64,000 nucleotides of DNA, taken from positions 12,152,001-12,216,000 of the forward strand of contig OZ281501.1 in assembly GCA_965637545.1 (NCBI GenBank), written 5' to 3'. Below, one piece after another: positions 1-19,000 of this stretch. The position numbers and the translations under genes are program-made. The notes beneath the pieces were generated by a model. The model was not told the origin of the DNA. It did not search any database and saw only the letters and a list, made by a program, of their open reading frames with translations. The stretch comes from Phallusia mammillata (taxonomy: Eukaryota). Each line of letters starts with the position of its first letter. Positions within the stretch are counted from its first letter, which is position 1.

Positions 1-3000
1 AGGTCCATTTGAGACGGACACGGTCAATCATACGAAAAGCGCACGTCACCACTATTTGTTGATCCATCACTTTACAGAGAGCCGGTTAATATGTATACAA
101 GTAGTGCGCATCAAAGTGTTTCTTTCCAGCCAGATTGTGCAACTACATGTATTCTTACCAAATCCAATTAGTGACAAGTTAAATGTACCGATGTGTGAGG
201 CCGAACTAAAGGATGTCGCTATTTGTTGCGACCAACGCGCGGTATTTGTTTTAGCCCCTATAGGGGACCAGTTTGAAACAGTTTGTTTAGTATTCATCCT
301 GCATGAGAAAGAAGCGCCTTAATAATATAGCGAGGCCTATTTTCTCAACTGATTATCGCAAATAATGCACTTGCGATTGCAACAGTAGAGTAACATCCCA
401 AGCAGGCCAACAATAGGGAAAGTAAACTTTGCGTATGTTGTGAGAAACGTTACAGGAAAGTTCATGCTCTTTAAAACTGTTTCGTTTGCCTCCGAGAACC
501 ACTCAGCTGTGTTTACAAACGGTTATTGACGATGTTTGCCAATGCATTTGCCGCCTTTAGTCTTGGCGTTCAGCAAGGCAAGAACAACTTTTAGAAAAGG
601 CTAAAGACCCGACCAGTCGAATGCCAGCACTTTGAGTCAATGCGCGAAAAACGACACATTTAAAACTTTAGAGACATTTTGTTCGACTGTCACAGGGACA
701 GCACAATTCACTCGTGAAATGCAAAATACCCCAGCTGTATTTAAATCCTACAAGCTTCCCATTTTGGGCTGTCGGTATTTGACGTCACGCACGCATTGGC
801 ACTTTGCATGTGCTGTCGTGTAAAGCTACCAACGTGCAATGACACCTGAAGAGGTGGGGGGTATATCCACATAACAATGTATTACCTGACGACCGCTTTG
901 GATTCAAGCGTTTGTTTACAGATCAATAAAGCTTCGTGAAAAAAGTTGGTTTAATGACTTTGACTATATACATTTGAACAAAAAAGCACCCTGTTCACAA
1001 ATTGCACAAACACTTTTACGACGCATCCAAATACTGACCGTGAACATCTAGCATACCAATATTTAGATAACATTCCTCGTAAACAGTAAACTAGGCACGT
1101 CGTTGCTCATCATTAGGTAGCAGTCGGAGCAATAAAACGATTTTACTGGACATAATGGGTCAATTGGACATGCCTGTTCGGCGATGCAGTTGCAAGCGCA
1201 TATCGGTCGTATAACTTGTTTGTCAAAACATCACGGCTCATAAATCAACAGTCATGGTCAACTACATCAAACGCACTTGCCGCTGTGTCCGGTCAGTGAA
1301 AGTTTATGACCTTCATCTTTAAAGCTTAAATGCATTTGCAAGCAGTTACTGGGTAAATAAAGTGCGTGTATGCCATATTTATCATATTACACTTTATATT
1401 ACCATGTACAACGGCTGTGAGATTTTTGCCATTTTGAAGTTTTTTTAATGACTGCAGAAGATATCTAAGAAAACCCCTTGTACACAAACAGTGCCACTGC
1501 GGTAGAAGTGGTGAGATTATCTCCTCACGTCGCACAAGTGCAGCAGTTCCGCTGCGATGGTGAAACTTGGAACAAACGTCAAAGGACCCCCTAATCTCAT
1601 TGAGCCTGACAGCGCAGTCGCCGCAAAGTTCAGATCCGTATCGGCGTCGCAGGAATGGCAAACACACTTAAAGCGAAGTGCACGAGACGCAAAAGGCTTT
1701 GTAAAATCGCAAGCGAAAGGCCAAGCAAAACCATAGCCCTGCCGACAAAGTTCAAAGCCCTGGTGTTTGGATTCCAACACGTGTTGATCGATATGCATTT
1801 TGCATTTCCTATCGAAATCTCTCAGCATAACTATACTTGCATAGTCATTAAGCGTTTCGTAGGTATCTTAGAGGGGCGTTAAGTCATACAGCGACCGGCT
1901 GTGTATATCTTTTGACGCCTGTTCATTTGCTTTACGCCCGCAATTGGGTCGCTGTTCATTGCGTAATTGCTTGTTAATAGTCGATGATGTTCGCAGACAC
2001 TTGACGGGTGACGTAATAATCACAGCTGCCTAACATCGGCTGATGGCACGTGTCGCATGCAGTCATCCGCGAAAAACACAACGTGCCAGAATTTTAGCAA
2101 CGCGTCTATCATTCTACAAAAAATATGCCGGCATGTTGTTGCTAGGACTCATTCGGTTACAAAGGTCATAATATTTTGATTGCAGGAAATCAGTTGACCT
2201 TGCATATATGAAAATCGATTTGTGTACGAGCCAAAGCAAAGTTTTGACTTTACCCTAACAAACTGTCTATGAGAAATTACACATTATCTCCTATCAGAGT
2301 ACCAGCTTCGGTTTCGAACCTATTTAGCCTGTTTCCTGATAATTACCAATTTTTATGTGTAAACAATCATAATTAAATGCCCATCTAGTTCAACGTGTAA
2401 TTACCGAGCAGAGCATCCGTTCGATTACCGGAGCTCCGCCAAGTCAAATGTCGCCACGGTCACAATCCATCAGCATTACAAATTACCATTACGCCAAAGC
2501 AAACAGGCCTGTCGAAGCTTCCAGTGGCATACAGGTCGACCTAATAAGTGCCCGTGCCCAAAAGCCTACGCAATCTCGGCCTAAGCCAAATGTTTCAACT
2601 GGAAACGAATAGCGTGTAGCCACTACGAACATGTGTAATCGAATCACAAAGCACTTTCGGATCACACGAGCAAGACTCTGGATCACAAAAGAGCTGAAAT
2701 TTGAGCCAGGGCCAAACATATTGACCAGTCAAAGTGTCGTCCGTACAGGGTGGTAAGTTATGTGGGGCGGGCGTTGGACGACAATACGACATGCTTCCAA
2801 TGAAAGTATCACAACCGTGAAATTGCTTGTACTGGCGTCAGTACGACTAATGACAGGTTGAAAGTATTTAGCGGATGTTATCCCTTTTAAAAGGGAGCAA
2901 GTCAGGCCGTCGTCCAATCTCTCAACAACGAAAAGACGCTACTTTAAACCAACAAATATTCATAAGTATGTCATCTTTTGTTATGTGTTTTCTGTTTCTT

Positions 3001-3390
3001 GGCCAATAGTTTACTCAAGCAAACGAAAGTCGCTTCTCATATATACTTCAACAAAATAGAATCCAAAAAGACTGTGCAATTTAGAAAAAAAACGGTAGAG
3101 ACTGAAAATAATCAACTAATGCTCTGACATTTAGGCAATTTCCAAATCAACAACTTCAGTGACATAACGAGTTACTAACAGCATGGCGAAAATCCAAACG
3201 ACCCCTAATTGAAATGCCTACAGAATGTAAATGGTCGGTTATGAAGATGAATGTTTGTAGCGGTGGGCCGCGAATAACGTGGTATAAGAGTTTCTGTAAA
3301 GCCTAGACGTCGTGACTGACGCCCGAAGCCAAGGTCTCGAAACGCGCGCAGCGATTTTGCATTCGGCCGAGTCGAAGAATGCACACATAC

Positions 3391-6300
3391 CTGAAATATT
3401 TGCTTGAGCGAAAACAGAGCTCGGCGAAGTTCACGTCCCTTCGAATTGTAAAGCTTTTCTGTAAAACACAAGAAGACTTGTTGCACAAAATCTTACTAGT
3501 AAATTTTAGTCTGTTAGCCTTACTTTGTCAAAAACAAACAAACGCCTCTTTGTCTTAAAGTAAGCGTTTAGATTAAAAGAAACATTTGTCAAGGAAAAGA
3601 AATGGTTTAATGTTATATTTTGCTGTGTGGTGTGCAACCGTAGATTTGCACAAAATAAGATATTCATCTGATGCAAATAAGTTAACAATCTTTCATATTT
3701 ATAGTGTTGTGGCAACACGTTTTTTAAAACTCGAAATGATAAAGCAGTCTTTCCTGCAGTTGGGCGACCGAAATTACACGTGCTTGCTTGACAGAAGGTG
3801 ATTAGAGGGAATCACAGCCGATGTTACTAAATCCAGATACATTCTTACCATAATCACTAAATCACCCTACTAACCATTGTGGTTATCGCCTATCGTCGCC
3901 ATTCAAGGCGCTATGAAAACAACGTGCAATCATCTTAAGCCCCATAAAAAGCTTTTGCAAGACAATCGGTCACAAGCAAGGTGCCCATTATGAGTTTTGA
4001 AAACGCTTTGTGTCAGTAAGAGGATGCTACATTACAATGTGAACAAATTGAAGTGGATTTGCGCCGGGGCTGAGATTTTCGTGTTTATTGTGATACGCGG
4101 CAGCCATAAATTACATTCCACAATGTCGGCTATGTAGGCCAGCTACATCAAACGTCCCGACTGTGGTAAAGTAATCAGGCGATTGGACGCTGGCCGTTGT
4201 GCTCAAATAAAACAACAGATAGAGCTTTGCCTTCTCATAAAACGCCAAATTAACAAGGGCATGTCCCTATTATGACTAAATTGCTTTCCACACATATTGG
4301 TAACGGTGAATCGTAACACTGTTTTGGCACATATGGCACTTGTCATTTCAAAGAAAATTTTGCCCTGGCGTTTGAAACGCAAAGATAACAAAATCGGTAG
4401 AATTGCACCACCAGAAATTGTGGTTGTTCTGTTGACTATTGTCAAGGGTGGCCCACTTGAGTAGTGCTCACTGAGCAGTGTTATCTTCAAACACCATAAA
4501 ACAAAGGGTGATGGCGGAATTGGAAAATAGTTGGGCCCACAATAGGTGCTGGCACAATGACCATTGTGGAAAAGACCAAAAGGCTGAAATAACATGGCCA
4601 CGGGTTTCCGATAGAGACTGTGGACAATGATACGCAATGCTGGTATGAATCACAAAACTTTAAGCTATACTTTAATAAAATAAAGGGTTTGAAATCTCCA
4701 AGGATTTACATCTACTGTACTTTAAACACAACCAAAGTTAACAGTAGATATCAAATGTGTCCATATGTTGTCTCTTGGGATAACACTTAGTTGGGTCAAA
4801 CTGTAGCAGGTGCATTAGGTTATAAGTTCCAAAAGCAATATCACCAGCATGGTAGATAGACTAATGATGTTATCTCACACTTGGAATTTTCCCTTCAGGC
4901 AAGGCTTTGTAACAGGACATGCACAGCACCATTTTATAAATCACAGTGTTTCATATGTAATAAATGCAAAAGGTCATGTCCTTTAAGCAATTTACCTTTT
5001 TAGCTATAAATGCTTATGACAAGGAATGTTGATAAAATTTGCCAATCCTGCAGCAGTATAAAAAATCATTATTGGACTTACCTATGCAGGAATGGACTCG
5101 AACTGACAACTGGGTTCGTATAATGATGGAGTTTCTTTTTCTGTGTAAAATCAAAGCAAACAGGAAGATGAGTTATGTGGGACAGTGTGACTATCGCTTA
5201 AAAACGCAAACAAAACAGGAGACTTGAGGACAAATACAGAGATGGACAATGTTTGCTGAGGCACAAACACAAGATGTTCTTTAATCGATGTTCATTGGGG
5301 AAAATAACTTTATTATTCAGATAACCTTATTCCACCCAATGTTCGTTGTGTTTTTACTTAAAAAAACACTATACAACAAAGCATTTTACAACATTAAAAA
5401 CAAGTTGTAAATTTGTTTCAAGTGATAAGCTTGTTCCATAGATGCTCAGCAACAGTGCTTGCTCAAGCAGAAACATACAAAACAAGCTTTTGAAACCACA
5501 TAAACCACAGGTATGTCATAATTTGCTTGTTAAGGTAGGTATTTGCTCCTGGGCATTTTTGCAACACTTTTGTAATGATTTGTTAAGCATGTTTCATTAC
5601 TAAAAGTTGTGACAAACTTTACATATACATCTTAAAACACTACAGCAGCAAATGCAGACAAGTTTTGGAAAAGCAGACAACAAATTAGGTATTCAATTGA
5701 TGGCTATCGACAAACAAATTGAAATAATAGCTTCCTGTTTCTCATCTTGGGCAACTTTCACATGCCATTGATGCAGTGAAGGCCATGTGAAAATATTAAA
5801 GTTTTGTTTCCTGAATGCTGGCAAGCACACAAGTTTTGAGGTGATAAAAAAGCTAACATTATAATTTTTAAATGCTATTCATCAACAAAATGTTATGTTA
5901 TAGAATAATATGTTTACCCTTCAGCATAAAAGCTTTCAAATTCCTCCTTTTGTTCAGAAATTGATAAATCCAAATCCAAGTAGGCACTTGTGTTTGATAA
6001 TTGCAGCGTACAGTCTCCAAGCTGTACAAGTAAAGTTTAAAATGTTACCTTTACGGTACAATTTAATAAAGGACATGTTACATTAATGTTGTCATCCAAA
6101 TACTGTTAACAGCTATTGCATTATAATTTTGTTTAACTTCTTTAATATCAAAACCAATCTGATTCATTATTTAAAACTTTTGTAAAAAAATGATATCATA
6201 CCTTATGGGGTGCTTTCAAAAGTCTATGAACACCTGCTACTTGTTCACACAAGGGTTGATCAACTTTAAATGTGTAACTTGGTGGTCTTGTAGGCTCTGG

Positions 6301-6399
6301 AAAGTTTGTTGATGAAAATGGATCAGTATCATCAAGATATTGCACTCTACATGTGAGATACTGGGTTCCATTTTGGACACTTGTATGTCGACCCGCCAT
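3391..6399 (-). CDS. FHOD3: FH1/FH2 domain-containing formin (FHOD1/FHOD3 family), first four coding exons; gene continues beyond the left edge of the window
   Basis: Hand-spliced GT-AG exons 6399-6202, 6021-5918, 5140-5082 and 3458-3391 join in frame: MAGRH...LTCRVQYLDDTDPFSSTNFPEPTRPPSYTF...VHRLLKAPHK / LGDCTLQLSNTSAYLDLDLSISEQKEEF / GKRNSIIIRTQLSVRVHSCI / EKLYNSKGRELRRALFSLKQIFQ. This matches the recalled FHOD N-terminal GBD/FH3 region. The next expected exon (DDKDLVHEF-like) was not found in 1-3390. Confidence 0.93.
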
Positions 6400-8544
6400 A
6401 ATGGTCAGTTAAAAAGTAATGTCACATAGCTTTCCACACAACTAATTAAAACACAGCTGAAAAGTGGTTGAATAAAACATGTATTGATGGTTATTAAACC
6501 TAACGACACAAACAGGATATGATGAATGCATGTTACAATAGGCACAACAATTGTTTTCCTATTGCACCCATACTTATAAGCTACTTAATAAGCACACTCT
6601 TTTATTCAAAATTGTTACTAAAGCTATATTTTCAAAAACAAAACTCACGTTCGACAGAGTTTAATATTTTATAAATGAACTTGACACTGACACATAAAAC
6701 TGTAAGGCAACACTCATTAAACTATTTGATTTCACCATCCCTTCAAAAATTTGCAATTCTCCAAACACTATCTGTAAATTGACAACAAACCTATTTTAAA
6801 TGTACTCTAGCGAAGTTAATAGGATCTCCAGACAACTGCACACACAACCGTTAAACAACGCCGACACCAACAGTACTGTCTGTCTCTGACCTGACCCAAG
6901 CAGCGTGCCTTGCATTAAGTGGTTGCCAACCAACAGGGATACCCCTTTGACGCCACACAACGGTAATTATTACGGCAGATCCTGCTTGGCTTTGCGCTGC
7001 AGGCAACAAGATCAAAGAAAAAGTTAAGTCCTACAAAAAGGGCGCGAATTTGGTGTTAAGTTTTGAAGAAACCAATTAAATTATATTAACTATGTGTACA
7101 TCGACAATAGACTATCATTGTCCTCAGAGAAAAACGAGTTGCGTATCCCACCACGCCTTGCTTATGTTCCGTTTATTCAGTGGGTCTGGACTTATTACGC
7201 CATTTCCCTAAACTTTGGCTTATTTCTACTTCGCAAGCCGGGAAACCAAAAGCCAATGTCCAAATGGATAAATTTCGGTTGTGTATTGAACTACAGTACT
7301 AATTTCCTACTGGCGAGTGTTTATCTTGCTTATGTAGATAATGGACGATACTACCAGCATTATACAGCAAAGACATGGATTTGGTGTCAGCGAGTGCCCA
7401 TTACAAAACATAAACGTTGTTCATATTGTATTTATCTTTACAAGATGATCTGACGTAACCTTTTAAAAGCATAAAAACTAAAAACTCCACGCGGTAAGTT
7501 TCAAGTGCACCGACAAAAACCTTTTATTAGTCTGCGTAAGCCCTTAACGCAAAATCAGAAGCGATAAAATGACACCACACAAAAAATCTTGATTCTTGAA
7601 GAAGCACAACAGAAGCGAGCGACATAAAAAAGCATATTGCACACCCGCTAACCTATAATTGCATTGCTCGATCAAATATTCGGAAAACAAAGACCTGTGC
7701 AAACGTTTACTCTATAGCTCTGGGTCTACTGAGTACCTTATAAACATAGAGATTATGTACAAAAAGAAATGAGTGCAATGTACAAAAAGGAGCATGGTCG
7801 TTTGCGGCCGCGGATAATCTACAAAAAATGTGGAACTGGTACAGAAAACAACTCAAGTTGTACAAAGGCGCATGGAACCCAGATACCCATGACACAAATT
7901 CTAAAACAAGCAAAAACGTTGCCATAAACAAAATATTGCAGACTATGTGTATCAAAGTCTAATAAATATTTTTCGTGTTCAAAAAACACATGCTAAAAGA
8001 AGATTTGAAAAAAAACACATTCTTAACGCTTCTCCATTGCGCTGGTATGGTTCTGCCGAAGGTGGACATGAAAAATATATTTAAATGTACGAACGAAATT
8101 TTTTGGCTAATTGACTCGACTTAAGGTTCTCCACTTAAACATTGTTTGTTAAATGTCACTCATTATGTATGTAGTAAAGTTGATTTTCGGTGCAAAATAA
8201 TCCGTAACATAACGAGTGTTAGGTATTAAAATACAGACACTTTGTTCGCTGCTGTGATATGTTGGCAGTTATGTGTTATACCATGTCCCAAGGTCACAAA
8301 CTGTGCACTATAGGTTGGTGCAAATTCACAGATTAAAATGGTAACATATACATATAATTTAAGTTGGATAAAATGCACAAAAGTATGCCAACAATATGTT
8401 ATTAAACCCTATCCGACAGATTTGCCACAACCCCAACTGCCAGTCAATGACAAGCCTTATTTTTGGCAACAGCAATGCGAGAAACACACCTACCAGCATA
8501 CTATAAAAGCAATTGCACCTACAATAAACAAAATTATATGGCCG

Positions 8545-14954
<6,410 letters not shown>

Positions 14955-15349
14955 TCTATTAAAACTAGTACCCACACTTTAAATACAAAAATTAAGCGTT
15001 AGCTTATAGGATAAGATAACAAATCAACTATAAAGTTGCAAGCACCACAAGACAAAACCCCCAAACAGCCAAAAACAAAGTCGACAAAACATATGTACCA
15101 CTAGTCCACTACACAGCTTGAGTATACAGCTGGCAGCTACATTTCTTTTTTCCTTTCTATTTTCCATTGTCGTACATTTAGCGTTCCGGACAAATAGTTG
15201 CAAATCATTGGAGCTCATTTCGCTTGGTAAAATTACACAACAGGATTGAAAATGATAGATAATGAAGTGAAAATCGTAAAAAGCTGTAGCGACATATACG
15301 CCAATAAACTACCACCACAACAAAAATGCAATTATTATTACATTATATC

Positions 15350-15529
15350 CAGTGGTGGGATTCAATTTTTTTGTCAACTGGTTCTATCACAAAAGTCATA
15401 TTTTTCAGTCGGTTCTGTTACAAAAAGTCCATTGACAGTAATCAGTAATGTTAACCGGTTCGCTGATCTCATAAAATTTCGTGAGACGGTTCTGTAGAAC
15501 CGGTGCAAACCGGCTCAATCCCACCACTG
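15350..15529. mobile_element. hAT-type MITE between the RIF1 3' end and the RUNDC1 start
   Basis: TIR CAGTGGTGGGATT / AATCCCACCACTG with perfect 8-bp TSD ATTATATC. Confidence 0.92.
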
Positions 15530-16007
15530 ATTATATCTCTTTGAACAACCCAAACAAAACTACTTTTCTGTCCCTATTATAACAGGCATGTTAATGTCGT
15601 CCACGATCACGAAGTCAAAAAAACTGTTTCAGGTATTTGAACAACCTATCTTTTGAAACAGAATGTCCCTAAAATAAATTCGTCATTACTTCGGATGAGA
15701 TTGTAGTTTACTTTGTCGGCATAACGTAGTTTGGCAGAGGACGATACAACAAAATGGTGGAGAAACAATGTACCGTTTACCAGTAATCTCAACGATGATT
15801 TTGCCATGGCCATGCAAGGGCAAACTAGCAAGGTGTGTCCAAGGCTTATTTGATGATACAAAGGGAAGCTGATGTAAGCAAAATGGTCACACTGTTTTAT
15901 TAGCAAAATGCCGAGACACAAACAACACATGGCAAAGTAGCACAAACATTTTTTCACAATAAGCGCGCAAGATTTGACAGCATTGACACCAAGAAAACTT
16001 TTCCAAT

Positions 16008-19000
16008 TCAACCCTTACTAATTTTCTGCATTAAAATGGCGTGGATGACAGGTGCCGCTTGCAACACAGAGTCGGTCAAATGCGAAAGTTGGCTTACAGA
16101 AAGATTTTGCAACAGACTCTGATTGGACAATTGTGACACTGTAAGCTGGTTCACTCTGGCAATTGATTTGGACGGCGATACTGCGTCACGTGACGACGCT
16201 TGAAGATTGGAAGTCGGTGATGTCTGAAGACTTGTGCCTTGGTCTCCACCACGGGCCTGAAAATGAGTAGTTTATGTAGATGTGGTAAAATAAAATTAAA
16301 AATAAGATTCTTTACTTTTATTCCAGCAATTGCAGCCGCTACAGTGGCGCTTCGAACACTCATTGGAGACCTCGTTTGTTCTTCCATCCTAGGTGTGATG
16401 ATAGTTCTTTTGGGTGCAGGTAAACTCAAACGCCTATTCACGATCCTAAATAATATTCAAACAATTGTCTTTAACAATGATTTTACTACATACGACATTT
16501 GATTCTACAAAAGAGACGTAAACAGAAGGAGGTTTGAAACCACTGCAAAAAAGGCTACACTATTAGGTTGGACAGTTTCGGGACATATATTTTTCCACTT
16601 AATATGCAGAAGATGGTCTACAGCAGTGGTTCCCAAACTTTTTCATATTTTTTCCAAAACGGTCCCTTCGCCATTATTTCGAGGGCTCGCGGTCCTTAGG
16701 ACTAAATGTGTATTTCACACAAACGAAAGTTGATTGCAGGATTTCAGCTAGTAATGCAAAATTGTGCATAACAATTATCCTAAGACAGCATGTGTCATCA
16801 CAAACAGGACAAAAACATTACGATTGTGCGCGAACAATTACATTGTTTGATAGAATTCATTCAATAAAGGCAATTGCTTAGCAATGGAGACAGTCGATTC
16901 TCAATTCTACTTTGATTTAAACTTATTTAGTGGCACAAACTGACGCCAAATAAGATTATAGAATTACTTCAACCGCTTCGCGGTCCCCCCAAAATTGCCT
17001 CACGGACCCCTAAAGGACCGCGGACCCCAGTTTGGGAACCGCTGGTCTACAGAGTTCATATTTTGGTCATATTCAGACAATATTCAAACAGCACAAACCG
17101 GCTGGAAAACTTGTTCTTCCTCCATTCAGAATGGGGACTTGAGTTGGGAGACAAAGGAATCATTTCCTCTTGAGTCTTGGAAACTGAAATTGGCTCAGCG
17201 AACGAAACCCGCCGTGACTGTACGAAAAAAAAATATATATTTTACACAAATAGATAAACACAAACAGAATAGAAGAGACTGACCTTGTTTGCTGGGCTTG
17301 GAACTTCTGAAATTCGCCGTTTCAAAATTCCACCAGGACTGGAACCTGATGGGGTCAAAGCAGCTTCCTCTCTCAATGTTGCCACTGTTTACATACAGAC
17401 ACGGTAATTTTGAGATGGGTCACACAGTTTATATAGAAAAACAGAAAAGCAGAAATAGGAATTGTCGAAACGTAACGCTTTTATTAAATATATTGGCTTT
17501 TCTGTTATTTGTCAGAATCTTTGAAACCGTGAATTGTGTATCTAAAAACAGAAACACTTACAGCGGTTGGGTATGCAGGATTTGGGTGTGCTCACAAGTT
17601 CTGTTGATTGTCCTGTAACACAAACGCCGTTGATTTATTTTTGGGGGAAAATAGGTAAAGTTGTTGGAAAATTGCAACACCTAAAAATGCATACCTTTCT
17701 GTTGCATTCCGTCTCTAATGACTATTTTCAAAATACAACTATTGCTTTGGTTTCCAAGTTTTATTTAATAAACTTTTAATAAAGGTGTGAATGAACCTCT
17801 TTGTCTCATTGACTCAAGCTTTACTGGTTGTACTAAATGACAATACGTACCAGTGGTTGTGGGTGAGCTACACTCATTAGCACTAGGCGTTTCAGTGGCC
17901 TGACCCTCCGTGGCTTTTTCCGTAAGTTTAGATTCTAAATCGACCATGGGCGTCTCGGCCACAATCGTTTGCTGCTCGGTTGGCGTTTGTTCGTTGGATT
18001 TATCATTTGCAGTTGTTTGTTCACCAGTCGGCATAGGGGTTTCGGCCAGTGCTTTCTCCGCATTTGAATCGCCGGGGATTTGTTCTTGCGGGGACTCTGC
18101 CACAATCTTGGTGTCGTTTTCGTTATTTTCCTGTTCACGTGTAACAACGACAACAGGTACGCGGTCAAACATGACTTCGTTGTCAGTGGGAGTGGTGATT
18201 TCAGGACTTGAAACTGAACTTGCTTTCTTATCTTTGGCGTCTTCTTCAGGCAACAAACGCTGACGAGTTTTTCGGACTTTAGGAGGTGGATCTTTCACTG
18301 TACTAACCTGCAGCAGCAACAGCATATAACTTGTTATATTTAAACCCAAAATATTTTTAAAGCCACATAAACATTTGCAATTACAAAGCACATTATCTGG
18401 CACTAGAAAAGTTTAAGATATGCTCTGAGGTGTGTTTCTTGTTAGGAGGTTAATTTCTAGTTGGATAAAACTAACAAATTTGAAAATGTAATGTAAAGTT
18501 TCCTGAGTGTATTGCGGTTTTAGATCCACAAAACCCACCATATGATTTAATGTATCGAAATTGCCTTTAATTGTACAATATAACGTCTTTCTCGTTACAA
18601 AAATGTATGTTTAAACACTTACCACTTTAGGCGTAGAGACTCTCTTCCTAAGTGATCGGCGAAGAGGGGTGTCCGGACGAGCAATGTCGCTTTTCCTTTT
18701 TGCTGGTTGAGCAAAATCACTTGCATCAGGAGTCGCAACGGCAGTAGCCCGTAGGACACGTGATGGCGGCCTAATCTCAACAGTCTTTTCAGGCACCTCT
18801 TTTTGTCCGGTCTCTGGTGTTTCAGGTGAGTTTTCATCCTGATCACCATCAAAACTATTATCCAACGGTTGCACTCCTAACTCTTGCTCAACTTCTTTCA
18901 TCTCCTCATCACTGATTTCCTCCTGATTTTTAGCATCATTTTCATCTGCGTGGTCTTTATCTTCTTCCAGGGCGTCATGCACAGTAGTTGTGTTGATTGA

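Noticed and set aside
4203-4637. 144-aa minus-strand ORF in FHOD intron 3
   Set aside because: No recognisable homology, and it does not fit the FHOD exon chain, which joins 5082 directly to 3458.
7094-7955. Hydrophobic-looking ORFs (7094-7453 +, 7707-7955 -) between FHOD and RUNDC1
   Set aside because: The hydrophobicity is explained by T-rich sequence; there is no consistent exon chain or recognisable family.
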